This document shows positions 46,877-56,858 of a DNA stretch of 64,000 bases, piece after piece. The translations under genes were made by a program, and so were the position numbers. The notes under the pieces were generated by a model. That model had not been told where the DNA came from and searched no databases. It saw nothing but the letters and a program-made list of their open reading frames with translations. Position 1 is the stretch's first letter; each line of letters starts with the position of its first letter. Source of the DNA: Candidatus Omnitrophota bacterium (GTDB lineage: Bacteria > Omnitrophota > Omnitrophia > Omnitrophales > JACROU01); contig JAJDCD010000008.1 in assembly GCA_029261035.1 (NCBI GenBank), positions 162,313 through 226,312 on the forward strand, in the 5' to 3' direction.

Positions 46877-48049
46877 CTATTTTAAATTTTTAATACGCTC
46901 TACTGCTTCCTGCAACTTCTCTTTAGCCACCGTAACAGAAAAACGAATAAAACCTTCCCCATTCGGTCCAAATCCGTTTCCTGGGGTAACAACAATACCT
47001 GCATCTTTAAGTAACTTTGTTGTTAGCTCTGCACTGGTATAACCTGATGGAACTTTAGTCCAAATATAAAATGTTGCTTTAGGTTTATTAACTTTCCAGC
47101 CTATACTTTCAAGACCATCAACTAAAATATCTCTTCTTTCTTGATAAATATCAATATTATCTTGGACTGCTTGGTCACCCTCTTTCAAGGCTGTTGTTGC
47201 TGCTACTTGAATCGCCTGAAAAATTCCAGAATCACAATTCGCCTTCACCTTAGCAAGCAATTTCAAGATTTCTGGATTTCCAACAGCAAAACCAACACGC
47301 CATCCTGTCATATTGTATGTCTTAGAAAGAGAATGAAATTCAATCCCTACTTCTTTAGCACCTTTTGCTTGTAAAAAGCTAACAGGTTTATATCCATCAT
47401 AAGCCATTTCGGTATACGCCGCATCCTGAGCCACAATAATGTCATGCTCTTTCGCAAACTGAACAACCTCTTCATAAAACTCAAGAGTGGCACATGCCGC
47501 GGTTGGATTATTTGGGTAATTTAAAAACATCAATTTCGCTTGCTTCAATGCTGCAGGATCTATTGCTGAAAAATCAGGTAAAAAACCTTTTTCTTCAACC
47601 AAAGGAATCGTACTTGTTTCTGCTCCTGCAAAATAAGAAGCTGAATGATAAACTGGGTAACCAGGATCCGGAACTAACACAACATCTCCAGGGTTTACAA
47701 CAGCCAATGGGAGATGAGCAATTCCCTCTTTAGAACCAATCAAAGGTAATATCTCATTTTGAGTATCTACAGAAACACCAAAACGTCTTTGAAACCAAGA
47801 TGCAATTTCTTCTCTAAAGGAAGGCATCCCTGCATCAAGAGCATAACGATGATTCTTTGGGTCCTTAGCACCCTCATAAAGAGAATCAATAATAAAGTTA
47901 GGTGTTGGAATATCAGGGTCTCCCACGCCAAGATCAATAATATCAACACCCTGATCTCTAGCCTCTCTCTTAAGACGGTCAATCTCTGCAAATAAATAAG
48001 GGGGCAATTTCTTAATTCTGTCTGCTGCTTCAATAGTCAAAGTGGTCAT
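46877..48049 (-). CDS. dapL: LL-diaminopimelate aminotransferase (class I/II)
   Basis: LPPYLFAEID, GSKEGIAH, NYPNNPT, HSLSKTYNMTGWRVG. Confidence 0.82.
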   Translation of the reverse strand: MTTLTIEAADRIKKLPPYLFAEIDRLKREARDQGVDIIDLGVGDPDIPTPNFIIDSLYEGAKDPKNHRYALDAGMPSFREEIASWFQRRFGVSVDTQNEILPLIGSKEGIAHLPLAVVNPGDVVLVPDPGYPVYHSASYFAGAETSTIPLVEEKGFLPDFSAIDPAALKQAKLMFLNYPNNPTAACATLEFYEEVVQFAKEHDIIVAQDAAYTEMAYDGYKPVSFLQAKGAKEVGIEFHSLSKTYNMTGWRVGFAVGNPEILKLLAKVKANCDSGIFQAIQVAATTALKEGDQAVQDNIDIYQERRDILVDGLESIGWKVNKPKATFYIWTKVPSGYTSAELTTKLLKDAGIVVTPGNGFGPNGEGFIRFSVTVAKEKLQEAVERIKNLK

Positions 48050-48241
48050 CCTCTTTCCTTTCCTTTATATATAGGTATAGTAATAACAGTGATAGAGCTA
48101 AATTGACCGGTTATATTAACAAAAAGCAGGCTCTAAAGCAAGGCAACAGAAAACAGAAATCAGAATTCAAAAGACAGAACTCTATCCCATACAATAAGTT
48201 ACAAGAATTACTCAAAATTTCTATAGGAAATAAACTGAAAA

Positions 48242-51200
48242 TTAGGCTGCTATAAGGACCTTACGCATATTCTGCCATTCCTGAACAAGGTCTTGAAGAA
48301 TCTGAGGCAATAACAGTAAGGTGTTAGAATCACGGTCTCTTTGAAATAATTCCAGCAAAGCAGATCTGTTTTGAGCGACATAGAAAGAAGCTGCTAGATA
48401 AGCTCCACGATAATCAGAATCACGGCTAAATTTTTCTGCCTCAAACTGAATTCTTAAATCGCCTTCTTCCCAGTCTGCGGTGTTAAAAGAGTCATTCAAA
48501 AATACAGACTCTGCTAAATTAATTCCATTTGGAAAGTAAGGTCTTAAAAAGAACATCGATTTTTCTAAAAGGGCTTCAACATCTTTTGATAACATCTGTG
48601 TCATAGGTCGTTTCCACAAAAGAAGGGCAACCCGATAATCTTTCCAAAGACGCATCACACCTCCATACTCTCGAGCAATATCCGATATCTGATTTTTATC
48701 TGAAACTAAAAACACAACCATATTCGCTTTATTACCATCCCGCACATCCTCATCTCTTCGAGTTAACTCTTGTAATACTCCTTCTGTATTCGAATTCAAC
48801 TCCATAAAAATCGGAGTAAGATTTCTTTGCTCTTGAACAGAGTGAAGAATTACTTGAGCTTGCCCCAAACTTTGTCCTGTTGCAGCCGCTGCTTGTCCTG
48901 CATTCGAAAGCTGCCTTGAAATTTGTTGAAGCAGCATAGCCGTATGGTCTTGTGGGGTCCCAAACCCTAGAACACTCACATTCCTAAAGGAGTCAGAAGC
49001 TGTTTGAAAACGTGCGCGAACAGTACTGTTTCTTCTACCCACCAAAACATGCCGCCATCTTCCTGTTACAGCAAGAGCAAAGTTTAGATATGCTTTTTCT
49101 TCTTCTATCTTACTTGCTGCTAGAGCCGTTCGCACTTGTGTTCCTGTCATCTCTTCAGCAGCAGCATTTGCTCCGGTAATAATAAAAGAGTATCTAGCCG
49201 GAATCACTCTTCCAGACAGTTTCTCTGTCTTAAATATTTCAAGACCTCGAAACCAGTTTTTAGCGCGTAACAAACTTACTTGTTGCAAATTCTCATCAAC
49301 AATATCTCTTTCATCATTAATCCTCAAATCATAGTTAAGCGCTTTAAGAAAATGATGTTCTAAAGACATCCAAATACGAGCATCAGAAACTCCTGAGTAA
49401 TCGTTCTGATTAGAACTTCTAACTTTAGACCAAACAACTCTCATTTGTTGAAAAGCTCTTTCTGCTAATTCATTCGCTTCATTTGACCCCGTTTTATATA
49501 TATTAAAAGCCCTCTGGTCTGTTCTTAGTGCCTGTTCATCAATACTAGGAATATCAGACCACTTTGCATAAGCTTCTAACAAGTTAATATCCGCCAACAC
49601 CTTTAATGCTTGTATTTCAGCAAAACCTGCTGGGGTATTCACATCCCCCACAAATCCAATTCCACCTCTTGCTATTTGCTCACCAGACCCTGTTTTAATG
49701 ATTCTAATTTGAGCATCTGTTGCTCCCATACTTTTCATCCACTGCTCTATACGAGTTCGAGCTCCATCAAAATTATTATCCGCAGCTAAATAATACGCTT
49801 CCATAGGATAAGCTTTCTGAACCCAAGTAGATTGAGGATAAGCCGTCCTCAATGACTGCAACTCCGAAAGTGCTGTAGCATACTCACCGTTATATGCCGA
49901 TAAATGGGCTATTGCCCACAAATATTCTTGATGTTCTGCTGGAGTCAGTTGTTTGATTTCATTTTCAGTAGCTAGATTTTTAAGCGCTCTCACTTGCTCT
50001 AAATAATCATCAAGAGTTAAGTCGGATCTTAGTTTTTTCAGTAACGCTAATTTCACTTTAACGTGATAAAACCTAAGAAAAGAAAGATAAGCTCTATCTG
50101 AATGCACTGAAAAATGATTGCTAAATTGCCTATCAAAGCTTGTTAATGCATCCTTGTTAATAGAAGCATCCTCCAAGCCTTGTTTAACTAAAATCAAAAA
50201 TGAAACTAACCCTCTCAATTGTCGAACTTTTGTCTCAAGAGTTGTATCTTTTCCAATTAATTTATCTGACGCCTGATCTAACAAGTTTTTTGCATCTGCC
50301 CATTCCCCTGATTTAATTTTAACCTCAGCCTGAGCAATCAAAGCCCTACCTTCTTCAATTTGAGAGGCTCTTCTCTGTCTTTGAGCATCTAAAGCAATAC
50401 GCGCTTGATACTTCCTCCAACCTTCTGTTATCAAGTAAAACGCAGCCCCTCCAAGTAAAACAACAGACAGTAATGCCCCTAACACTAACTGCCCTCGTCT
50501 TTTTCTTAGACTTCTTTTTCTTTTATCTTTCTGCGCTTCCACATTACGATTTTCAAGAAAATTTTCAAGATCTTCTGCTAATTCAACAGCCGAAGGATAT
50601 CTACTCTCTTCACTTTTTTCCATCGTCTTAATAATTATTTCTTCTAAGTCTTTAGGTATTGCCGGGTTAATTTCACTAGGCCTTTTAAAATCATTAAGCA
50701 TAATTGCTGACATAAGCATTAAGGAAGAACTCGCAGTAAAAGGAAGCTGCCCCGTTAACATGTAATACAAAATAGCTCCTAACGCCCAAACATCGGTAGG
50801 TGCCTTTGCATCCCTAGCCAAACCCGTTGCTTGTTCTGGAGACATAAATGATGGAGTTCCTATGACAGCTCCTGTTCTTGTTAACTCCTCAGCTCTGGCC
50901 TTTGATGTCAACTTCGCCAAACCAAAATCTGTAACATAAGGAACACTCCCTTCCCCTAAAAGGATATTTTGAGGTTTTAGATCTCGATGAATAAAATCTC
51001 TTTTATGCACCCTTGCCATAGCTTCAACAATTTGTTTAAACAACACCGTTCTATCTCTAATAAGCTTCTCAGCTTCTTTTGATTTAGGTTTACTTGGAAT
51101 AATTTCCCCCTGATCTATCCACCGTCTTATTTGCTCTTCTAAATCCCCGCCCTCGACAAACTCCATAACAAAAAAGGGCTCTTCCTTGCCCTCTCTTAAT

Positions 51201-54200
51201 CGAACGTTGCCTACTGCGTAAATTTTAACAACTCCCATAAAATCTAGCTGTACCATTGATTCAGCTTCTTCTTTGAAACGTAACATTTCCTCAGCACCTG
51301 CGTGTTCAAGAAGTCGTTTTATTGCTACTTTTCTTCCTGTTTTAGATGCCCTAAAGTCCAACCCTTGGTACACAGCTCCCATACCCCCCTTAGCTAAAAA
51401 CTTCGTAATTCTAAACCTCCCTGCTTGTTGCTGATTAAATAAACGGACAAATCCATCCGTCTGCTGTAAATAAAGTGTATCTGGATCAACAGGACTCATC
51501 TTTGCCATTAACTTAGGTGAAACATCCCCAGGCTGAAGCCCTACTTGAGTTCTCCCTTCAGCAACCGTACCTCCAGACAAACTAGGAGAGACCACAGAAG
51601 TAGGCGCTCTCGCTATTACCATCCGATAGGATCTTCCATTAACATTGACATAAAAATCAGGATTCAAACCATTCGCATCCAGAACAATAAAAGGAGGATC
51701 AATGTTAGGCTTACTCCACTTCTCATTATTCTCAAAGGTCTGAAAATAGAATTGAAAAGTAGTTCCATTTAAAGGGATGGGTACAAAATATTGCGCTTGG
51801 ATGAAAGCTTGTTGAGCCTGTTGCAATAGAGAGACAACAGGACCTTTATTCAAAGCCGCATAAGCTTGACGATATTGCTCCAAGATTTCAACTGCTGTCT
51901 CAACAGGTTTATCTCCTAAACTCTGCGCTTCAACAGATCCTTCTTCTCTCCAAACTGTTAATAGATCTCCCATTAAATTCACATCATTAAATTGATCGGC
52001 AGCTTCTGCAAAAGCTGCTCCCTGAGTCGCTTTTTGCACCCAGCCTCTAAAACGTTTTACGCGCGCGGATGTTGGAATACCAGAAGTTAAATCAACTCTT
52101 CTCTGACGAATCACCCGCCCCAATAGTTGAAAGTAAGTTTTAGGATCACTCGATAACTCTTCATCTCCCTTTACCGTTCTTAACAACAATCGAATATCAG
52201 AAAGTCTTTCTTTATTTTCATCACTCAGTTGATTAAAACTACTTAACAAGCGTCCTAATTGCCGACTGGAGTTAGAAGCTATATTCGATTGCTCTCTTGC
52301 CCCATTAGACAAGTTGCCCAAATCACCCATTAAGGCCTCAATGCCGATAGAATAATCAAGCCCTGCCAAAAATGCTAAACGTAAATTTCTGATTTGAGCA
52401 GGGTTATTTGAATTTCCAGAGGATTGAATAATGGCTAAAATACTAGCCTGTAATGACTGAGAGTAATAATCTTCTATTTGTCGAGAAAGCTCCCTTTTCT
52501 TACCATACAAAGCTCCCAGTTCAGAGCTTGGATGCCCTTGTCCTGGAGTCCAACTTCCAGATCGACCATCAGGTTCTAAAATTTGTCTATAACGTCTCAT
52601 AGTAATCAACTGCTCAAGAACATATGTATCTAAAATAGCGCGTCTTAGTTTTAAACGATTCACTGGATCTGAATTTTGCAAATCAACCGCCTGTAAACCT
52701 TGACGTGCAGTTTCAAATTGAGCATTTTCCCCACCAATTGCTTTCATCAGTCTAATTCGAGCTATAAGTAAATGAGAAGAAGTCATCAAATTAGAAGATG
52801 CAAATCGAGATTGGAAATCCGACAGAGTTGTCAATGAAGCATCCAAACTTCCCATTCGATATTGGATAGTCGCTTTCTTCCAAGTATTAGCTTCATTCGT
52901 AGCATTTGCTGAATTAGAAATTTCTCGCAGAGCCAAAGCATACATATGGTTGGATAATGAAACATTGTTTTTTTCACCAGGCAACCTCAAAAGAAAACCC
53001 AGGCTTTCAAATAAACTAATTTTATCTGTGCCCGTTGTTCCTTGAAACAAATCAGAAGAAGAGAAATCTGATGATGATGGCCTGGTTGATTGAGTTAATA
53101 AAAATGATAGTCGATCAGCTATTAAACTTAACACACCTTCATTTAAACCTTTATTTAATTGAACAGACTGACTTGACTTGGATAACAAAATACGAGCAAG
53201 ACGATTAAAACGAGTTTTATCGGTATCATTTAAATCACCATATCGACTCGCAACTATATTTAAATCATTGAACGCTTGAGAAATATCGGGACTCTGTTTT
53301 TTTAACTCAGTATCTGCTGACTTAAAATTTACGCCAATTTGCTGAGTTCTTAAAGATGTGATTACTTCTTGAACCCTTGCTTTTAACGCAGCAGAAAATA
53401 GAGGCACTTCTTTAAAAGTATCTATCAAGGCTAAAATACGACTTACATCCGCAGGACGAGCAGAGTCTCCCTTTTTAATCTCTGCATCTGCTTGCTGCAA
53501 CGCCGTAACTAACTGTCTCATACTTAAAACCTTCGCATCTAACCGAGGCCTTTCTCCAGAATTAATACTTCGAGCATCATCAATTAGTTTTATTGCATCA
53601 TCATACCTTCTATCCAAAATTGCTTGTTCTGCATCATTAATATGATCTGCTTTTAACGTTAACTCTTGATTCCTTTGATAGTCCTTATACATAGAGCTCC
53701 CAATAGAAAAAGCGCCTAACATAGCTAGAGTAACAATTGCAGCTGCCAAGATTCCCGCAACAGCTTTATTTCTCTGAATTAACTTTTGTAATCGATAAAA
53801 AAGACCTTGGTTTTTAACTGCTTGAACAGGTTGGTTATTCAACCAACGGTCTAAATCGTCTGCCAACTCACTTGCAGATTGATAACGATCTGAAGGTTGC
53901 TTTTCTAATGCTTTTAAAATAATTGCTTCGATTTCTTTTGAAACCTTAGAGTTTTGACTTCGAATTGGAGTTGGATTCTGCATTGAAATAGCAGTTAAAA
54001 CAGCCGTCAATGAAGGCCCTGAAAATGGATACTCTTTGGTTAAAGACTTATAAAGCATTCCCCCTAAAGCCCAAACATCTATGCGATGATCAATTTCTGT
54101 AGATTTATTAATTTGTTCGGGAGCCATGTAAACAGGTGTTCCCAATATATCTCCTGTTCGAGTTAAAGCTTCTTCACTATTCACTAAATGCGCTAAACCG

Positions 54201-56818
54201 AAATCAGCAATCTTAGTAGAACCATCATTAGCAATAATCACATTAGCAGGTTTTAAATCACGATGGATCACCCCTGCTTTATGAGCCTTATCTAAAGATC
54301 GTGCAACATCTCTAATAATCCGAACTCTTTCTCTTAACACTTCATCTGATGTTGGAACAGGAGATTCCATAATCACATCCCTAAAATCTTCACCTTCAAC
54401 AATGTCCATTGCATAGAAAGGCCTAAGACCATATTGAGGATGTTGAACTTGTCCAATAAATCGAGATTGAACAATTCCGGGGTCATTTACTTGAGCCGCC
54501 GCTTGTGCTTCTCGTTTAAAACGAATAAACGACTCTGCATCGATAGCAGCTTCAAATGGAATCACTTTTACAGCTGATTGCCTTGGAGTTCCTGGGATTC
54601 TCAAATCCACCGCTTCATAAACAACCCCCATAGCTCCTCTTCCCAACTCTCGTATTAATCTAAACTGAGGTACCTGTTGAGAAAACAACTGAACCATCGC
54701 ATCTCCCGATGGAGGCAATTCGCTTTGATTTAAAGGAAGAGTTCCAGTTCCTTGTCTTTCTGTTCTACTTACAGAGTCTGCAGCAACCTGCACATCCGTG
54801 ATTGCCGTCAATTTAAAATGATAACCATCGATAGTCACATGATTCGTTCTAGGATCCTGTCGCAACAAAATATCTTGAACTTGCCTACCTGGTTGAATTT
54901 GAGGAGACTTCCAAGTGTTACCTTGGTAAATCTGAACAATAAAATCCATTACTTGACCTTGGAAGTTAATTCTAAACGGCTGACCTAATGGATCAATTGA
55001 TTCTCTATTTCGTCGATCTCTTACATTGCGAACCAACTCTTGCATAACCTCCATCCAAAAAGCATCTTGCATATTTTGGCCATAAGTCATGATGATTTTT
55101 TCAAACATGACATCACGAGAATCACTTTCAATGCCCAAAGATGCAGCCACAGCTTCTGGAACATCATAGTACGGCAAAGCTCCGATTTGAGTTGCCGCAG
55201 CTTCCAGCTTGAATGCAGGATCATCTAACCGAGGCTCTAATTTAACCGTTCCTGTTGCTGGATTTATAATTTGATTTAAAGACACTTCTTGCTTAGCCAA
55301 CAATTCCCAATACGGAGATGTGTCCCAATCAGGATCCGCAATCGGTGTCATCACCCAATAAGAAATATCTTTGTCTTTTAACCGCTTCGCAATCCCTTCG
55401 GTATGGAAACCACCTGCAACAACAAAAATAATTTTCTGCTTGGTGTTTTTTAATAGTTTTTCGATGTTTTGGGATAATGCTTCATCCCTTTTGTAAACAT
55501 ATTCATAATATTGAAAAGCAGAAGACATTAAAGAAATCATACGAAGCATTACAGGGTCACTTCTAAAAGTAAAACCTCGACGTTCAAATAGGTCATCTAA
55601 GGACTGCCACCAAACCTTTGTTTGGATAATATCCATACGAGACATCAGCTCTTGATAGTGCTTGTTCTCTAATTCCAAACGAGACAACTTGTCTAAAAGC
55701 ATAAAGTCTCGATCCACCTGAATCAGCATTCTTTCGTCACGAGAACGAGCTAGAAGTGGGTAAAGCTTCTTTTCTAAGCGCTCTAATTGCTCAAAAAAGT
55801 CACTCGATGCCAATACATCCATTTCTTTTTGAAACTTGATCCAACGAGCAAAAACCTTATTTTCATTTTTAAGACCTTCTGACTGTTGATTCCAAAAAGA
55901 ATTTACTCTTAGCATCCATTGAGATTCTGGTTCGTCAACACCTCTGATCATCCCCCATTCGCTCAAAAGTGCTTTAATTCGTTTTTGATCTAATTTACTC
56001 TCCTCTTGAAACAATAGAGACATTTGCTCAATTGCTGGATACAGATTTAAACTTACTCCCTTTTCTGTAGATAGTTGAATTAAAAGCCTTAGATAGACTC
56101 TTAACTGATTTACATCTTTTTCAAATTGGTCTTTAATTTGTTCTACATCTCGAAGTTGTTTGGAGTAGACTTGATTTTTAAGGCGGTTTACTTCTAATTT
56201 CGTATTTTCTATGGCTTTAACAACTGAAAACTGATGGTCTAAAAAGGAGCGATAGGCACTCACATTTTTCTGGTACAAATTCTTACTATCAATCCCCCAC
56301 AATTTAGCTTTTCGATTATTGTTTATTGCGTAATACTGGGCACCATCAATCTTGCCATCCCACATAAAAGAGTTCGTAACATCTCGGGTAATTTCCGGAA
56401 CAGGAAAAGCGGTGAAAATCAAAGGGTTAATTTCTTCCGGACCACTTCCTTCAAGACCAATCGTAATCTCTTCAGAAAGCCCCATAGAAACAAGCTTGTC
56501 TTCAAAGTAATCCAGTGTAGAAATAATATTTTGTTGGGCTTGAAAATTGGCATGAGCTTCTTGCAACAAAACCACAAGAGGATAGTCCCCTAAAGGTTTT
56601 TCTTCTGTCTCCGGAGACATCCAGAAAGATTCTCTATCGACTATCTCATTAGATAACCCACTCAAAAAAGATTGAGGAGAAACTAAAGTAGGAGCACCCA
56701 TCATCGGGTTTGCTTTTGCAGGTAAAGGTATAAATACGGAAGTAACAACAAAGCAAATCAGAACGACTAAAGATGTAAAGAATTGAAAACTCTTATGCTT
56801 CAAAATTAAAACCTCCAT
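48242..56818 (-). CDS. Giant 2858-aa multidomain protein: signal peptide, conserved N-terminal domain, two Hanks-type Ser/Thr kinase-TM-helical modules, C-terminal domain
   Basis: Kinase 1 ~54665-53840 (LGRGAMGVVY, AVK, HRDLKPAN, DFG, GTPVYMAPE, DVWALG); kinase 2 ~51417-50550 (LAKGGMGAVY, AIK, HRDLKPQN, DFG, GTPSFMSPE, DVWALG); each is followed by a TM helix; uninterrupted 8.6-kb ORF. Confidence 0.92.
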   Translation of the reverse strand: MEVLILKHKSFQFFTSLVVLICFVVTSVFIPLPAKANPMMGAPTLVSPQSFLSGLSNEIVDRESFWMSPETEEKPLGDYPLVVLLQEAHANFQAQQNIISTLDYFEDKLVSMGLSEEITIGLEGSGPEEINPLIFTAFPVPEITRDVTNSFMWDGKIDGAQYYAINNNRKAKLWGIDSKNLYQKNVSAYRSFLDHQFSVVKAIENTKLEVNRLKNQVYSKQLRDVEQIKDQFEKDVNQLRVYLRLLIQLSTEKGVSLNLYPAIEQMSLLFQEESKLDQKRIKALLSEWGMIRGVDEPESQWMLRVNSFWNQQSEGLKNENKVFARWIKFQKEMDVLASSDFFEQLERLEKKLYPLLARSRDERMLIQVDRDFMLLDKLSRLELENKHYQELMSRMDIIQTKVWWQSLDDLFERRGFTFRSDPVMLRMISLMSSAFQYYEYVYKRDEALSQNIEKLLKNTKQKIIFVVAGGFHTEGIAKRLKDKDISYWVMTPIADPDWDTSPYWELLAKQEVSLNQIINPATGTVKLEPRLDDPAFKLEAAATQIGALPYYDVPEAVAASLGIESDSRDVMFEKIIMTYGQNMQDAFWMEVMQELVRNVRDRRNRESIDPLGQPFRINFQGQVMDFIVQIYQGNTWKSPQIQPGRQVQDILLRQDPRTNHVTIDGYHFKLTAITDVQVAADSVSRTERQGTGTLPLNQSELPPSGDAMVQLFSQQVPQFRLIRELGRGAMGVVYEAVDLRIPGTPRQSAVKVIPFEAAIDAESFIRFKREAQAAAQVNDPGIVQSRFIGQVQHPQYGLRPFYAMDIVEGEDFRDVIMESPVPTSDEVLRERVRIIRDVARSLDKAHKAGVIHRDLKPANVIIANDGSTKIADFGLAHLVNSEEALTRTGDILGTPVYMAPEQINKSTEIDHRIDVWALGGMLYKSLTKEYPFSGPSLTAVLTAISMQNPTPIRSQNSKVSKEIEAIILKALEKQPSDRYQSASELADDLDRWLNNQPVQAVKNQGLFYRLQKLIQRNKAVAGILAAAIVTLAMLGAFSIGSSMYKDYQRNQELTLKADHINDAEQAILDRRYDDAIKLIDDARSINSGERPRLDAKVLSMRQLVTALQQADAEIKKGDSARPADVSRILALIDTFKEVPLFSAALKARVQEVITSLRTQQIGVNFKSADTELKKQSPDISQAFNDLNIVASRYGDLNDTDKTRFNRLARILLSKSSQSVQLNKGLNEGVLSLIADRLSFLLTQSTRPSSSDFSSSDLFQGTTGTDKISLFESLGFLLRLPGEKNNVSLSNHMYALALREISNSANATNEANTWKKATIQYRMGSLDASLTTLSDFQSRFASSNLMTSSHLLIARIRLMKAIGGENAQFETARQGLQAVDLQNSDPVNRLKLRRAILDTYVLEQLITMRRYRQILEPDGRSGSWTPGQGHPSSELGALYGKKRELSRQIEDYYSQSLQASILAIIQSSGNSNNPAQIRNLRLAFLAGLDYSIGIEALMGDLGNLSNGAREQSNIASNSSRQLGRLLSSFNQLSDENKERLSDIRLLLRTVKGDEELSSDPKTYFQLLGRVIRQRRVDLTSGIPTSARVKRFRGWVQKATQGAAFAEAADQFNDVNLMGDLLTVWREEGSVEAQSLGDKPVETAVEILEQYRQAYAALNKGPVVSLLQQAQQAFIQAQYFVPIPLNGTTFQFYFQTFENNEKWSKPNIDPPFIVLDANGLNPDFYVNVNGRSYRMVIARAPTSVVSPSLSGGTVAEGRTQVGLQPGDVSPKLMAKMSPVDPDTLYLQQTDGFVRLFNQQQAGRFRITKFLAKGGMGAVYQGLDFRASKTGRKVAIKRLLEHAGAEEMLRFKEEAESMVQLDFMGVVKIYAVGNVRLREGKEEPFFVMEFVEGGDLEEQIRRWIDQGEIIPSKPKSKEAEKLIRDRTVLFKQIVEAMARVHKRDFIHRDLKPQNILLGEGSVPYVTDFGLAKLTSKARAEELTRTGAVIGTPSFMSPEQATGLARDAKAPTDVWALGAILYYMLTGQLPFTASSSLMLMSAIMLNDFKRPSEINPAIPKDLEEIIIKTMEKSEESRYPSAVELAEDLENFLENRNVEAQKDKRKRSLRKRRGQLVLGALLSVVLLGGAAFYLITEGWRKYQARIALDAQRQRRASQIEEGRALIAQAEVKIKSGEWADAKNLLDQASDKLIGKDTTLETKVRQLRGLVSFLILVKQGLEDASINKDALTSFDRQFSNHFSVHSDRAYLSFLRFYHVKVKLALLKKLRSDLTLDDYLEQVRALKNLATENEIKQLTPAEHQEYLWAIAHLSAYNGEYATALSELQSLRTAYPQSTWVQKAYPMEAYYLAADNNFDGARTRIEQWMKSMGATDAQIRIIKTGSGEQIARGGIGFVGDVNTPAGFAEIQALKVLADINLLEAYAKWSDIPSIDEQALRTDQRAFNIYKTGSNEANELAERAFQQMRVVWSKVRSSNQNDYSGVSDARIWMSLEHHFLKALNYDLRINDERDIVDENLQQVSLLRAKNWFRGLEIFKTEKLSGRVIPARYSFIITGANAAAEEMTGTQVRTALAASKIEEEKAYLNFALAVTGRWRHVLVGRRNSTVRARFQTASDSFRNVSVLGFGTPQDHTAMLLQQISRQLSNAGQAAAATGQSLGQAQVILHSVQEQRNLTPIFMELNSNTEGVLQELTRRDEDVRDGNKANMVVFLVSDKNQISDIAREYGGVMRLWKDYRVALLLWKRPMTQMLSKDVEALLEKSMFFLRPYFPNGINLAESVFLNDSFNTADWEEGDLRIQFEAEKFSRDSDYRGAYLAASFYVAQNRSALLELFQRDRDSNTLLLLPQILQDLVQEWQNMRKVLIAA

Positions 56819-56858
56819 AACCCCTTAGATTTGAACATAATAAAGAAGTTATATTAAG

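Noticed and set aside
48140-48180. Short CAGAA repeats between the giant gene and dapL
   Set aside because: Low-complexity and irregular; no supportable function
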